Below, piece by piece: positions 34,981 to 47,554 of a stretch of DNA of 64,000 bases (position 1 is the first letter of the stretch; each line of letters opens with the position of its first letter). Source of the stretch: Fimicolochytrium jonesii. Taxonomy: Eukaryota. Location of the stretch: NCBI RefSeq assembly GCF_025526975.1, contig NW_026515674.1, forward strand, positions 372,001 to 436,000. The letters are read 5' to 3'. Both the position numbers and the translations under genes were made by a program. The notes under the pieces are model-generated. The model did not search any database, had not been told where the DNA came from, and saw only the letters and a list, made by a program, of their open reading frames with translations.

Positions 34981-37900
34981 ATGGACACCATGGCTAGAGA
35001 CGACTTGCGATATGCCGGCAAGAAGCTTACCGACCCTATCAGCGCTGCTGAGGTATGAATACGCAACTCTCACCTCTTGTGGAGTCCATTCTAACCGTTT
35101 CTGGGGTGCAGGACAAATGGCGACTCGTCCCCGCGTTCCTACAAACCAAAGGACTGATCAAACAGCATGTCGACTCTTTCAACTATTTCATCGAGACGGA
35201 AATGAAGCAAATCTTGCTGGCGAATGCAAAGGTGGACAGCGACGTGGACCCCGGATTTTGGCTAAAGTTTGTCTTCCTGACGCATTAATGGGCTCAGAGA
35301 CGCACTCTGACTGTTAACGTATAGGTTCCAGGATATCAAAGTCAAAAAGCCACAAGCTTATGATGCACGGAAAGGTGTAGCGTATGAGTTGGCACCACAC
35401 GAATGCCGGTTGCGCGATGTGACGTATGCTGGCACTATCACAGTCGATATCGAATATGTTCGTGGCAAGCAGCTGGTGAAGAAGAAGGGCATTGAAGTCG
35501 GACGAATGCCCATCATGCTGCGAAGTGCCCGTTGCCATCTCACAGGGAAGTCCCCTGAGGAGATGGTCAAAGTGGGAGAATGCCCACTCGATCCAGGAGG
35601 CTACTTCATCATCAGAGGGACGGAGAAGGTCATTTTGATCCAGGAGCAACTTTCGAAAAACCGAATCATCGTCGAGACGGATAGGCTAGGTCTGATCAAC
35701 GCGAGCGTCACGAGTTCGACGCACGAGAAGAAGAGTAAAACGAACATCTGCTATGGGAAGAACGGCCGCGTCACAATGAAGCACAACAGTTTCACGGCCG
35801 AGGTTCCAGTAGTGGTCGTGATGAAGGCAATGGGTATCGAGTCTGACCGCGAGATCGCCGAGCTCATCTGCGGAAACGAAGAGAAGTTCTTGGATCTCTT
35901 CTCGCCTTCGCTCGAGGAATCAACAATGCTTGATCCACCTGTGTTCACGCAACGACAAGCATTAGACTGGCTGGGAAGGAAAGTCAAAGTTACGGCGATG
36001 CGGAGTCGAATTGGGATGAAGAAGGACTATGTGGAAGAAGCGCGCGACCTGCTGGCCACGACCGTGCTCGCCCACGTTCCTGTGGAAGATCTGAATGGCC
36101 ATTGGAACTATAGACCCAAGGCTGTCTATGTCGCGCTCATGGTGCGAAGGACGCTGCAGGCTGTTAAGGGTGGAGGTGTGGTCGATGATAGGGATTTCGT
36201 TGGTAACAAGAGGCTAGAATTGGCTGGGCAACTTCTTTCCTTGCTCTTCGAGGATCTGTTCAAGTCCTGGCAAGCGAACATAAAACGTGCCATCGACACT
36301 CAGTTGAAGCGATCCAACAGGACGTCACAATACGATGCGGCAACTGCCGTCGCTCAGACATCGAGGTTCATCACCGATGGGTTGTTCCGTTCCATCTCCT
36401 CCGGCAATTGGAACGTCAAACGTTTCAAGATGGAGCGTGCCGGCGTTACGCAAGTGTTGTCCCGGCTGAGTTATGTTTCTGCGCTTGGAATGATGACGAG
36501 GATCAGCAGTCAGTTTGAAAAAACAAGGAAAGTCAGTGGACCCCGTGCTTTACAGGTGAGGAAGAATGTCGAACATTGCGCTAGTGAACGGCATCTTACA
36601 GTAAAGTATCTCTGTAGACGTCGCAATTCGGTGTAATCTGTCCGTCAGACACACCAGAAGGAGAAGCGTGTGGTCTTATCAAAAACTTGGCTCTCATGAC
36701 CCACATCACAACGGACTCCGATGACACATCTGTGAGGCGGCTGGCATTCATTTTGGGAGTCGAAGACGTCAACGTATTGACCGGAGGGGACCTGTACGAG
36801 GGCGACACGTATCTGGTATTCTTGAACGGTGTCATCCTCGGCGTCCATCGGAATGCGGAGAAGTTCGTCAATGATTTCCGCAGATTACGGCGAGCCGGAA
36901 GAGTAGGCCCATTCGTTTCGGTTTATCGGACTACAAGTCAGCGTACAGTCAATATCAGTAGTGATGGAGGGCGTGTTTGCCGGCCGTTGATCATCGTTGA
37001 AAAGGGGATAGCCAAGGTCACAGATGCTGACGTGAAGGATGTCATTCACGGCGTGAAAAGCTTCGAGGATCTCATTCAAGAAGGCAAGATAGAGTATCTG
37101 GACGTGAATGAGGAGACCGATACAGACATTGCTATGTACGATCCGGACGTTGTGTACAATGGCTCGACGATGGGCAAAACCATCACTAGCGGTATGCCAA
37201 GTGATCTCCCAAATACCACACACTTGGAGATCGCGCCGTTCACGGTACTTGGTGCTGTCGCGGGCTTGATTCCTTACCCGCATCACAACCAATCGCCGCG
37301 TAATACGTATCAGGTAAGCACTGTAGCTACGTCTTTGCGACGCGAACGAGCCTAATCCATGTCTTTCTCAGTGTGCTATGGGTAAACAAGCGATCGGCGC
37401 GATCGCTTATAATCAACTGACGCGCATTGATACGTTGTTGTATCTCATGGTATACCCGCAACAACCAATGGTGCGCTCCCGCACAATCGAGTTGATTGGG
37501 TACGATAAGCTACCCGCAGGGCAGAACGCCACAGTCGCTGTCATGAGTTATAGTGGATATGATATTGAGGACGCCCTTGTCTTGAACAAGGTTAGTCAGA
37601 GGGGTTCCACTGCTTCTCGCGTGATGACTTCAAAACTGACTTTCACATCTTCAGGCGTCCGTCGACAGAGGATTCGGAAGGTGTCAGGTGATGCGCAAGT
37701 TCTCGACAATGATCAAATCCTATCCGAACTCCACGTATGATCGGTTGGCCGATCGGATGTACGACGCTCAAGGCGAAGTCATCGAGAAGTTCGAGATTTT
37801 GGACGATGACGGTATCGCAGGAGTAGGAGAACGCATCTACACCAACCAAATCGTCATCAACAAGCAAAGCCCGACCGAAACGGCCCCTCGGGTGGCTCCG

Positions 37901-38870
37901 GTGTCGGATGCAGGGGGCGCTGAGATTCGGAATAACAACGAAAGTCTGGAAGTCACGTATAAATCGGCACCCAGCGTTTTCAAGTATCCGGGCGACGCCG
38001 TTATCGATCAAGTGTTGTTGACGACCAACGAAGAAGATCAAACGCTTGTCAAAGCGCTTATCCGACAAACTCGGCGACCAGAGCTTGGTGACAAGTTTTC
38101 GTCCAGGCACGGACAGAAAGGTGTCTGCGGTATCATCGTACAGCAGGAGGACATGCCTTTTGCTGATACGGGAGTTTGTCCCGACATTATCATGAACCCT
38201 CACGGATTCCCCAGTCGAATGACAGTGGGGAAAATGATTGAGTTGCTGTCCGGCAAGGCTGGCGTGCTAGCGGGTCAGCTGCAATACGGAACGGTGAGTA
38301 CAAGAGTGGGATTGATTGATGCATGGAGACACGACCTAATATCCTTTGTTGCAGGCATTCGGTGGAAGTAAAGTCGAAGATATGTCTCGGATTCTGGTAG
38401 ACAACGGATTCAGCTACTCTGGGAAAGATTACGTGACTTCTGGCATCACCGGCGAGCCACTACAAGCGTATATCTTCTTCGGTCCGGTATACTACCAGAA
38501 GCTGAAACACATGGTTATGGACAAGATGCACGCTCGATCACGAGGTCCCCGTGCCACCTTGACTCGCCAACCTACGGAAGGTCGTTCTCGAGACGGTGGA
38601 TTGCGTGTAGGGGAGATGGAACGTGATTGTTTGATTGGGCACGGCACGGCAGCGCTCCTGATTGAGCGTCTGCTGTACTCTTCAGATGCGTACGATTGCG
38701 AGATGTGTGGGGAGTGCGGTATCGTGGGAGGATGGCACGGATATTGCAACTACTGCAAGAGCCGGAAGGGTGTCGTGAAGGTGAAGATTCCGTATGCTTG
38801 CAAGCTGCTGTTCCAGGAGCTTATGAGTATGAACGTGGTGCCTAGAGTCGCCGTGAAGGATTTGGAGTAA
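34981..38870 (+). CDS. RPC2: RNA polymerase III second-largest subunit (RPC2/RET1/POLR3B), multi-exon
   Basis: [103 protein letters not shown] and [10 protein letters not shown]. Confidence 0.98.
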
Positions 38871-39090
38871 TGCATGGGTGCGCTGAGGCCCTCTGGTTTT
38901 GCTCCCACCCCTACTGTACCCGTTACACACTGTCACATAGTATCATTAAGCATTTGTATTTAATCCATCACTTGTAAACAGCATCGACATGTAAAAGACC
39001 ATACCAGTGGGCGGAGGTGCCGCTATGCACAGTTCACAAACCTGCACATGCAGTACTCCGTGTCCGACGGCCTGAGCGAGTCCGCTGTCG

Positions 39091-39107
39091 ACGCGTCAGG
39101 GACGCGT
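39091..39107. promoter_or_regulatory. Paired ACGCGT (MCB-like) elements upstream of the HEAT-like gene
   Basis: acgcgt at 39091-39096 and 39102-39107, about 130 nt 5' of the ATG at 39236. Confidence 0.45.
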
Positions 39108-39235
39108 TTTCGGACGGATCTCCGAGTTATTGCGGGAAAGCTTGAGGCAACGCTTGAAACTGCATTGCACCAGTGAAGCATCTGTGCCACCCTTTTCCCT
39201 ACGCCAAGACGGACAGGATTGTCTGCTAAGCAGCA

Positions 39236-42200
39236 ATGGCTGGGGTGCCAGGAGTCGGTCTAGATCTGGGTGGCCTTCGGGGCCACCAAATTAGCTTCAC
39301 CATTCCACCAGCGGACCGGCCCACAGTATCGAAGTGGCTGGGCGACGTAAAACAATTCTTCAGAACAACGGCATCTCAGGCCGCGGACGTGTCCAAAACA
39401 TTTGCGATTGGCGCCGCTCCGGCATTAGGACTAAAAAGCGGCACAGGAATCATCGGGGTTGCTGGGGGAGCCGTTGGATATGGCGGTGTCGGCGGTGGTG
39501 GGTCCGCGGGAGGAGTGGCCGCACCACCAGTCTATGGCATGGAAAAGAACTCACTGATGATGGAGGATGTTCTCGAAGGCATCACCGTGCATTACGCTGT
39601 TCAACTGACTAGCGTCCTGGGACATTTCCTGGAACCGGTCCGTGTCGAGGCTGCAAGACTGCTCATAGCGCTCGCGGGAGTCTTCGACAAGAAAGGCGCC
39701 GTCGAGTGGAAGAAGAAGCTGGATAGGGTCACCGCTGGAGTAGCTGGCCTACAAGCGACATCCATTGCGCCAGCTCCCGGCGGGCGAGACAGCAGCGCAG
39801 GCGGGTCGAGCTCCGGATCAGGGACCGCCGCTGTGATCATCGAAGGGGCGTACGCATCATTTACGCCAATCCACGATCTATTCCATATCATCGGACAAGC
39901 TCTATCGCCGCTGGCAGTGGCGCTTGTAGCAGGGCTTGAATGCTTTTACACGTGCCCAGATTGGACAGTGAGAGGGACCTGCAATTCTGCCCTGGCCAGG
40001 CTGGTATATGAGAATGCGAAGATATTCCTTGAAGAAGACCAGTTGGCTGCCATCTGGAACCTTTTTTTCTCATTGCATTCAATACCGCTCATCTCCAAAG
40101 TGTTCCCGGATCGCATTGTCATCATCAAGGTCACTATAATGCTTGGCTGAGATTTGCATCGTCTTTGCGTGAGGATACCTTCATCTTAAACTGATGCAAT
40201 ACATAGGCTTTGGGTCTCCTTGCGCCTCTGTATGTCCCCGCCGATCCAGCTTTGGCATATCGCATTGTGGAATCATTGCTGCGGCTAGACAAAAAGGTCA
40301 GTCTCATGGAGTCTTAAGGGCACTACCAGATGAGATCTTGATTCAATGGCTCGCTCCAGTCACTGATGCAGCCATCTACATAAGAATAGACTGTAATGGA
40401 GAGGGAAGGCATCAAAAGCACTCTGCAGAAGATCTTTGACAAACTCAGCGAGCAGACAACGCCATCCCATGCTCCCGTACCACAGCATGGGCTCACGACT
40501 GGGAAGGAAAACATGGGTATGCTCACCAGATGCCTTCCGACGGACAAACGCTCGTTTTCATTAATGCAACTCTGTGTAGAGAATGGGTTCAGCGTTTTTG
40601 TCAACCTGGTCAACCCAAATGATGAATATGCATATGACCTTCTTTCCTGGGCGCTTGAGACATACATGACGAGTCTGATCCCGGCAGAAGCTGGATCGGC
40701 AACGAAAAAAGTCGCAAAGAAAGTACCTACAGGCGGCTTTCCGGCATTGACGGACTTTATCAAAAGTCTGGCCAATCACTTCCGCGCAACTCCTCCATTA
40801 GTGCGCTATGGAGCTTGTGTATGTCTTCATGCGGCTCTAGCGGTTTACCCATCCCTGATCGCCGACAACGGTGAGCTGTACATATATATCATCACCGGTG
40901 CCCTTGACACGGACTATCTCAGCGCATTCCTTTACGTCTCCATGCTTAACTCTGCTACAATGACTCCCGCGCCAACAAAGCCGATCGCCGTGAAGCCGGG
41001 AGCAGCCGCCCCACAGGACGACCAATCGATATTGAAGACTTTACTGGACTCTTTGAGGGGCCAAGATCGACATAAGAACGTTGATTACGACGCCATGTAC
41101 TCCAACCCGTCAGTCGGTGTTTCGCCCTCAGAGGTCAAGCTGAGCGATGTACTAGATGTCGCGATTCGCGCATGTCCACCAATGTCACCGAAGCACTTGC
41201 AGAAGATGGCGAATGCATTAGAGTACCTGAGCAAGGACATGCAATTGCGCCAGTTGGAGGCTATACGGCTATGGGGAACGAAGAGTGAAAAGTTCGACAC
41301 CTTTTTGATGCAAACATTGGTGCCATACTGCAACAGCAGCGATGAGGATATCCAAATGGCAGCAATCAGGGTTATCTCGTCGCTGATACCCAGCTTTCAG
41401 ACTGCTTCGCCAGCAGACATATCCTTTGCATGGGGATATTTTCACGCGCTGATGGATCACAATATTAAAGCGACAACACTGGAGGCTGTTCTCGGTTTGA
41501 TTGATGGATTTCCATTGGAGAAACTGGCTACAGAATCTCGGGAGGAGGTATGCAAAATGGTGTCTTGCTTGTCCCGCTCGAGATGTGGAGAACACGTTCT
41601 TGGCTGCAGTGCTGATCTGCTCTGTCTATGGCTGCTTTAGTTCCTCAACACGCTCTTCGAGCTGATCTTCCATCCTGAACATATCGTGCGTTTTACTGTG
41701 TACGACGTTATAGGACGTCTGTCGAACTTCTGGAAGAAGAGTGGTTTGTTCAATTCTGCTGTGGGGATTTTGATTCTTTGCATTGGTGATCACAATCGAA
41801 CATGGTGAGCACTGCATCAATAGTCAAGTTCGAAAACATTTCCCAACCTAATCTGGTCAACACTTTAGTGCGAAAAAAGTTCTGGAGCACCTGTTCCGGC
41901 TTTCAGATACCGACTTTCGTACGATCGTGACTCCACTCGGAGCGGTAAAGGACGCCTTAGATGAGTCGTTTCCATCCCTCCTCAAAGCCTTCGACAGTCT
42001 CGCTTTTGCCATGGCTCGGGATCGAATCGAAATCAAAGCCCTCATTGACGCCACAATCGCTGATCACAACGTAGACCATTTTTGGGATTTCTTTCTGGGC
42101 GACGTCGTGGATAACCAGATGGTCGATCCAGACGATTACAACTACGGCCGTAACTTCATTCACGGACCCTTCTGGATTGCATTGCTGCTGACCAAGCTTG

Positions 42201-45200
42201 CAGTACCACCCCCGTCTATCGCGGAAGGAGAGCCTCGCAATGTCATGCCTAGCACCCCGGCGGGCAAGCGACGGTACATTTGCGGATTCATGCTTTGTAT
42301 CATACCTACCTGCGGAATGCCCGATCCGAAACTACGAAGAGCCGGATGTGTGTCTGCCGTGAGGTGCTGTTTCCGAGAACAAGCTCTGCACCCGGCCATG
42401 CTGAGGGGATTACTGGAGTTGGTCGGGCAGCAGTTCATGACGCACAAACAGTGGACTTTCCAAACATCAGCGCTGGACATACTCCGCATTGTTACGAGGC
42501 TGAAGATTCCTGGAGTTTCTTCGTCGATGTTGATACAGTACGGCGACTCCACACTGGATATAGCGTATAATTCACCATCGGCCATAGTCAAAATTGGAGC
42601 TCTCGAGCTGCTGGAAATCTTCCTGCTAGTGTTTCCACATGGAGTTGCAAACAAATTGCAGGAAATCCGCGACGTAGCTCGTGCTCTCATTGTTGACGAC
42701 GATCAGGATGTCGTCAAGAGCGCCTCTCGCATCTTCCCGCTTGTGTTTCGGTGTACGCCTGAAGCCCAATCGCATGATTTTGTGGAGAACTTGAAGAATG
42801 AACTGGCAACTATCCAGAAGGATATGTTGGAGGTCGCCGGCGATCCCATGGTGGCCAACTCAACGAGGGAGGAGATGGACCGCGTGGTGCGATTATCACT
42901 GGTCGCCATGGGTGCTATCAACGATGCATCCGTATCCGTCACAATCCATCAGGAACTGATCCCCTACCTTCGGTCAAACCAAATCTCGTTCCGAAACGCT
43001 GCGCTGTCTTCAATTCTGGCTCAACTACCGAATCTGCCTGCATCACATAGTATTATCATGATATGGGTTCTTTTGCCCATGTATGCCGATTACAGTGAAG
43101 CGGTACGCCTAACGTTTTCAAAGTATTTGCGGCGAATCCCCTCAAAGCTAGATGCATTGAGTAAATTCCTCCCGCCGCATCCTGACGATAGTCTCGTACT
43201 GCCTGTCGTCTCGTGGGAGGAACTGTTAAGCGACAACGCGTCGTACACTGTTAGCTCAAAGAACATCAACGACATCCTGAATGATCTAGAGGGGCTGACG
43301 ACAGGATCGGAGGTGGAGACTCTCCCGATTGAGGACGACGGATTTCGCATCCCTTGTATATCACCCAAGCTGATGGCTCGAATCAAAGAGCTGTCAAGGG
43401 GCATTGCTGGGCCTGTTCCAGCCGGGAGTATTGGCGAGGTCACCTATCACCTTGCTCAGCTGCAAAAGCATCCGCGGATGCAGGCACATACCCTGTTGGT
43501 TCTCTCAGAATTCAGCTGCGTTCACGAGTCCACTCTCAATGAAACCATCGAGCTGTTCGTAAACCAGCTAAGCCGCGACATCACCTCAGAGAACACCGCA
43601 GTCATTGAGGCGTGTATGCTTGGGTTACGGAATGTGGCGGAATTCTCTCCTGCCGCTTTCAAGCAGATCCTCGCAAAGATCTCTAGCGTGCCTGTTGTCA
43701 GCGAAGGTGACTTGATCGCCATGTTTTACATGACAGACCTGATACAAGACGTGTGCGCTCAGAGGGCGCCGGAGCTGCTACGGAAGTATATCCCCATCAT
43801 TACTAGTCAGCGACATCCTATGCGCAAACGGCTGTATGCGGTCTACTTGACAGTTGAGCTTGCTTTGTTTGCGGGTCAGGATGAGATGGTACGCACTTTG
43901 GACGCTATACAGATTCTTTTGGACACCACCAACGAGGTGGAAACAAGACGCAAAGTATACGGCACATTGGGCAAAATCTTGGCCCATGGTGCTCCGAAGC
44001 ACTCTCTGTTTCGGAGCTTGCTCAATACTGCGAAGAAGGAGATTCGATCAAAGGATCCAACGGCCCGTATGCGCACATTGGATGCCATCAAGATCCTCGC
44101 AAAATACATGTCGAGTGAAGAGGCGGTCTGGTTTGCGTTCCTGTACCTCGCCGACTCCAACCGCGACATTCGGGTGAAAGCAAGAGAGGTGCTCGCACTA
44201 GAGGGAATGCTCGATTTTGTGCTGGCACCACTGCGCTCATACAAGGCAAACCCATCTGCCCGTCGGTCGGATGTAATCGAAACCGGCAAGCTCCTCTCAT
44301 TAGAAAAGCTTGGCATGGATATCAGTGCGCGAATCGTTGACAAACCAAGCGCCATGCATATACCACTCGCGGACGAAGATCCATACAACATACAGTGGTA
44401 TCGTTCAGAACGTCGTCGGAAATTTACAGAGACTTATGGGATGAGTGAAGCTTTGTTCGCACGTTCCATGCTACCTCTCCCGCAAAGCATCATGCAGGTT
44501 GTGCAAGAGAAGTCAGCCGCTGGGAGAAGCCCATCACCGGAGACGGTAGCAAAGTACACATGGCTCTTGAATGTTGATACCATAGCCATTCTTCGCGAGT
44601 GCATCAAAAAGCATCCGCAGGTTGCAGCCGACCTCGCGGAAAGCACGCTCCAGCGGATCGAATACGACATTCTCCCCCGCGACCCCACCGCACCGCCGAC
44701 AGGTGAGGCCGCGGCACATCGCGGCGCTCCCGGTTTTAGCGAAAGTGATGAGTCCCTTGGAAACAAGCCTGGGGAAGACCAGGATGAAATGGATATCGAA
44801 GCTGAAGTGCACAACATCGATGTCTTGTCCAATTTGCTCTTTGCGCATGATGGAATAGGCGACCGGGTACCGGGATGGGTGGATCGCCTGCGCGAGCTAG
44901 TCGCGGCGTGCAACAACACGGCCAGCACCATACGTGAGAATTTGTACAACGACCTCGAAAACAGCTTCTTCTTCTTCAATGAGTATATTGACATCCCGAT
45001 TGTGAGTGACGAGCAATACAACGCTCTCGAATCATTCAAAGCTGCTACGCAGGAAGCAACTATGGAGATTGTCAAAACCGGGAAGACAGACAAGTTCACT
45101 GCGCTGGAGAGGCGGAAGAACGAACTAAACGACGCCGTCGACGCCAAAAGCGAGCAACTCCGGCGACTCACACTGCTTGCTCTCCATGGCATTTCAGGGT

Positions 45201-46024
45201 ATGGCCTGTTCCACGCCTTGTCTATGGCGTCATCTGAGGCGCGCCTTATTACGGCGTTCCAATTCCTGTCGAACCTCTTGGAAAACGAGCACCGAGGCAT
45301 CCGTATCGCGACGGTAGAAGCACTCGTCAGTATGACAATGATACAGCTAGAGCCGCCCGCTCCGCCGAAGGCGACCTATGTAAACGCGATCAAGACAGTG
45401 ATCACATCTTTCCTGCCCAGGCTGGTTGATGGGACGACGGAGCTGTATCGAAGGAAAGCTGATCTCCTCACGGCCACCGCTCAACTGCTCCCGTACATAC
45501 CTGGAGATCGTGCATTGCGCTTGGATTTCATCCGCGTGCTTGTGCATCTTTGGCGTGACCCAGACGGGGACGTTCGCACTTCTGCCATTAAGATGGTACA
45601 GATGCTCGGCGAATCGGGTGTGGCAGAAATCACCGAATGTTTCCAGAATACCGAGACCGAACCCCGACCTGCAGCCAAAGACTCGGGCAAAGGCCTCAAA
45701 ACACCTTCGTCAAAACCCGACTCCGTCACGGCCTCAAAACCGACGTCACCACCGCATTCGTTCAGTCTCACTGGTGATACTTCCGCGCCGAACATCATGA
45801 AGCAGCTTGCAGAACTCATCAACAATCTCGAATACCCTGAGAAAGATGGTTTGCAAGAACTGCTGAAATGGCGCTTTGCGCTCGGGCAACCGACACAAGC
45901 TTTTACACCGCCCACCGGACAAAGGCCTACAACAACGGCTTCCTCTGGAGCAGCTTCCAGTGGAGCATTGAGTGGGTCTGGGAACGCCAGTCGCGCAACA
46001 ACTGGGAAACCATCAAAGACATGA
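39236..46024 (+). CDS. Uncharacterised ~2150-aa HEAT/armadillo-type alpha-solenoid protein, 5 exons
   Basis: Exons 39236-40129, 40207-40296, 40390-41547, 41641-41804 and 41869-46024 join in frame. Recurrent HEAT-like ends: DWTVRG, PLVRYGAC, DEDIQMAAI, DDDQDVVK, DSNRDIRVKA, EHRGIRIATVEAL and DPDGDVRTSAIK. Confidence 0.85.
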
Positions 46025-46172
46025 AAGCCGGTGCCGAAACATTGCGTACTGAAAACCAGTCGTTTTTGGATAGGAATGCATTTCAGCATATGGAACTTCC
46101 ATATTTTGGGTCTGTACATATTAGGCTTTTGTAATAAGAGTTCGAAGATTCTAGCAAACTCAGAATAAGCAA

Positions 46173-46907
46173 CTACATCTTGGCGACACCGGCCTCTTCC
46201 CAGAGCGTCTTGCCGTCACACGAGCATACAGTTTTGGGGTTCTCAAATACGCCAGCTGACCGTGCAATGATCCCGCACGTAGCTTCTCCACTTGCGCGAC
46301 CCCTGTTCAACTTGTCTATGACTATGGATCTACCTATGACATCCCAAACTTTGACATCCCTTTCTTCCAACACAAGATCACCTCTGCCCTGAGCATCGAC
46401 TATCACCCTCCCCAACTGTTTGAGTGCTTTCCCAGTCGATTCACATCCACCACTGATGTCACCGCACTCGTGAATGGAAACGCTGTGTTCTCCCGGTGGC
46501 ATTCCGTCGACCGTCACGTCAAAAAGACATGTATCGTTGTCCAACTGAACCATCCGAGCAAGGCCTTTGTTGTTGTGTTGCGCCCAACCTTTTGCACCAG
46601 TGAAGCACTCAAATATGCACACGGCGGCACCTATATGTTGCGCTCCTGTCGCACTCGTCTGCCCTTTGAGGACGGTGCCGAGACCTGTTGACCGCAGAGC
46701 GTTGAAAAGCAGCGACGGTGGCGTGACCGATTCGATGATGACGGACTTTCGAGCAAGAGAGGTGTTGACAGACTGCACACCGGGAAGGTTGGATACGGCT
46801 TTCTTGACCGTCTCCTCGCAGCTCCCGCAATGGAGGTCGACGGCGAATTCAGTCTTCAGGGGCACTTTCAAGAGCGCAGGGGGCGCTGCGGCGTCTGCAG
46901 ACGGCAT
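46173..46907 (-). CDS. CCS1: Copper chaperone for superoxide dismutase, intronless
   Basis: N-terminal HMA domain with HCGSC, a SOD-like middle domain (IHECGDIS, IGRSIV) and the C-terminal IARSAGVFENPKTVCSCDGKTLWEE (CxC). Confidence 0.95.
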   Translation of the reverse strand: MPSADAAAPPALLKVPLKTEFAVDLHCGSCEETVKKAVSNLPGVQSVNTSLARKSVIIESVTPPSLLFNALRSTGLGTVLKGQTSATGAQHIGAAVCIFECFTGAKGWAQHNNKGLARMVQLDNDTCLFDVTVDGMPPGEHSVSIHECGDISGGCESTGKALKQLGRVIVDAQGRGDLVLEERDVKVWDVIGRSIVIDKLNRGRASGEATCGIIARSAGVFENPKTVCSCDGKTLWEEAGVAKM

Positions 46908-47143
46908 TTTAAGCGTTGGCGTATGCTCAGGAAACTTGTAGGAGGATATCGGGCCTATGATCTGGAAATGGTGTTATCAAGGGCTGTTCAACGCGAAACA
47001 ACGAGGGCAGTACCGATACGACTTGCTGCACTACACATACCACACCGCCGTCTACAGCTCTCTCTGACTCTTTCCCCGTGCTTGCTTCTCTTTAACGGAG
47101 ACTGGAAGGGGAAACTACTTGTACTGCTTCCAAGTGACAACCC

Positions 47144-47224
47144 GTGAGAAGGCGCGGCGTGCTGCTAACAAGGACAGAGTGGCAGCCAGTGAAAAGGCGT
47201 GGTATGCTGCTAACAAGGAAAAGT
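47144..47224 (+). repeat. Imperfect direct repeat with a 45-bp period (probable coding relic)
   Basis: gtgagaaggcgcggcgtgctgctaacaaggacagagt (from 47144) and gtgaaaaggcgtggtatgctgctaacaaggaaaagt (from 47189). Confidence 0.8.
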
Positions 47225-47554
47225 CTCAAAACGGAGAGAGGTGCCAGTTCTGCGCTAACTTAAAACTGTACGTGCTCTGAAGGTCTTTGTTGGGAGACTT
47301 TACAACACTTTGCAGCGTGGTGTAAAAGCAACGAACTTCAAACCGGATGTGATTGTGAGCACACCGCGTAGCCCAGAACCCTATTAGTAACCCACACTCG
47401 CCAAACGCGCGACTTACCAGACTTACCTGCTGCAATGTCGGGCACGTGACTTGTGTGGAAAGCTCGCGTCGACTTAAATCGGGCTCTGCGGGAGGTTTCA
47501 CATGCAAGCGTGCCAGAATTTTACCTTCGTCCAGACCAAACCAATATACAAACA

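Noticed and set aside
34575..35066. N-terminal 164 aa of the 459-aa ORF 33687..35066 (-)
   Set aside because: It overlaps the promoter and first exon of RPC2 in antisense. The credible POP7 start is Met at 34574.
34981..38870. Intein in RPC2 (inteins are reported in RNA polymerase second subunits of some chytrids)
   Set aside because: Conserved motifs are contiguous apart from short GT-AG introns. There is no large in-frame insertion or homing endonuclease.
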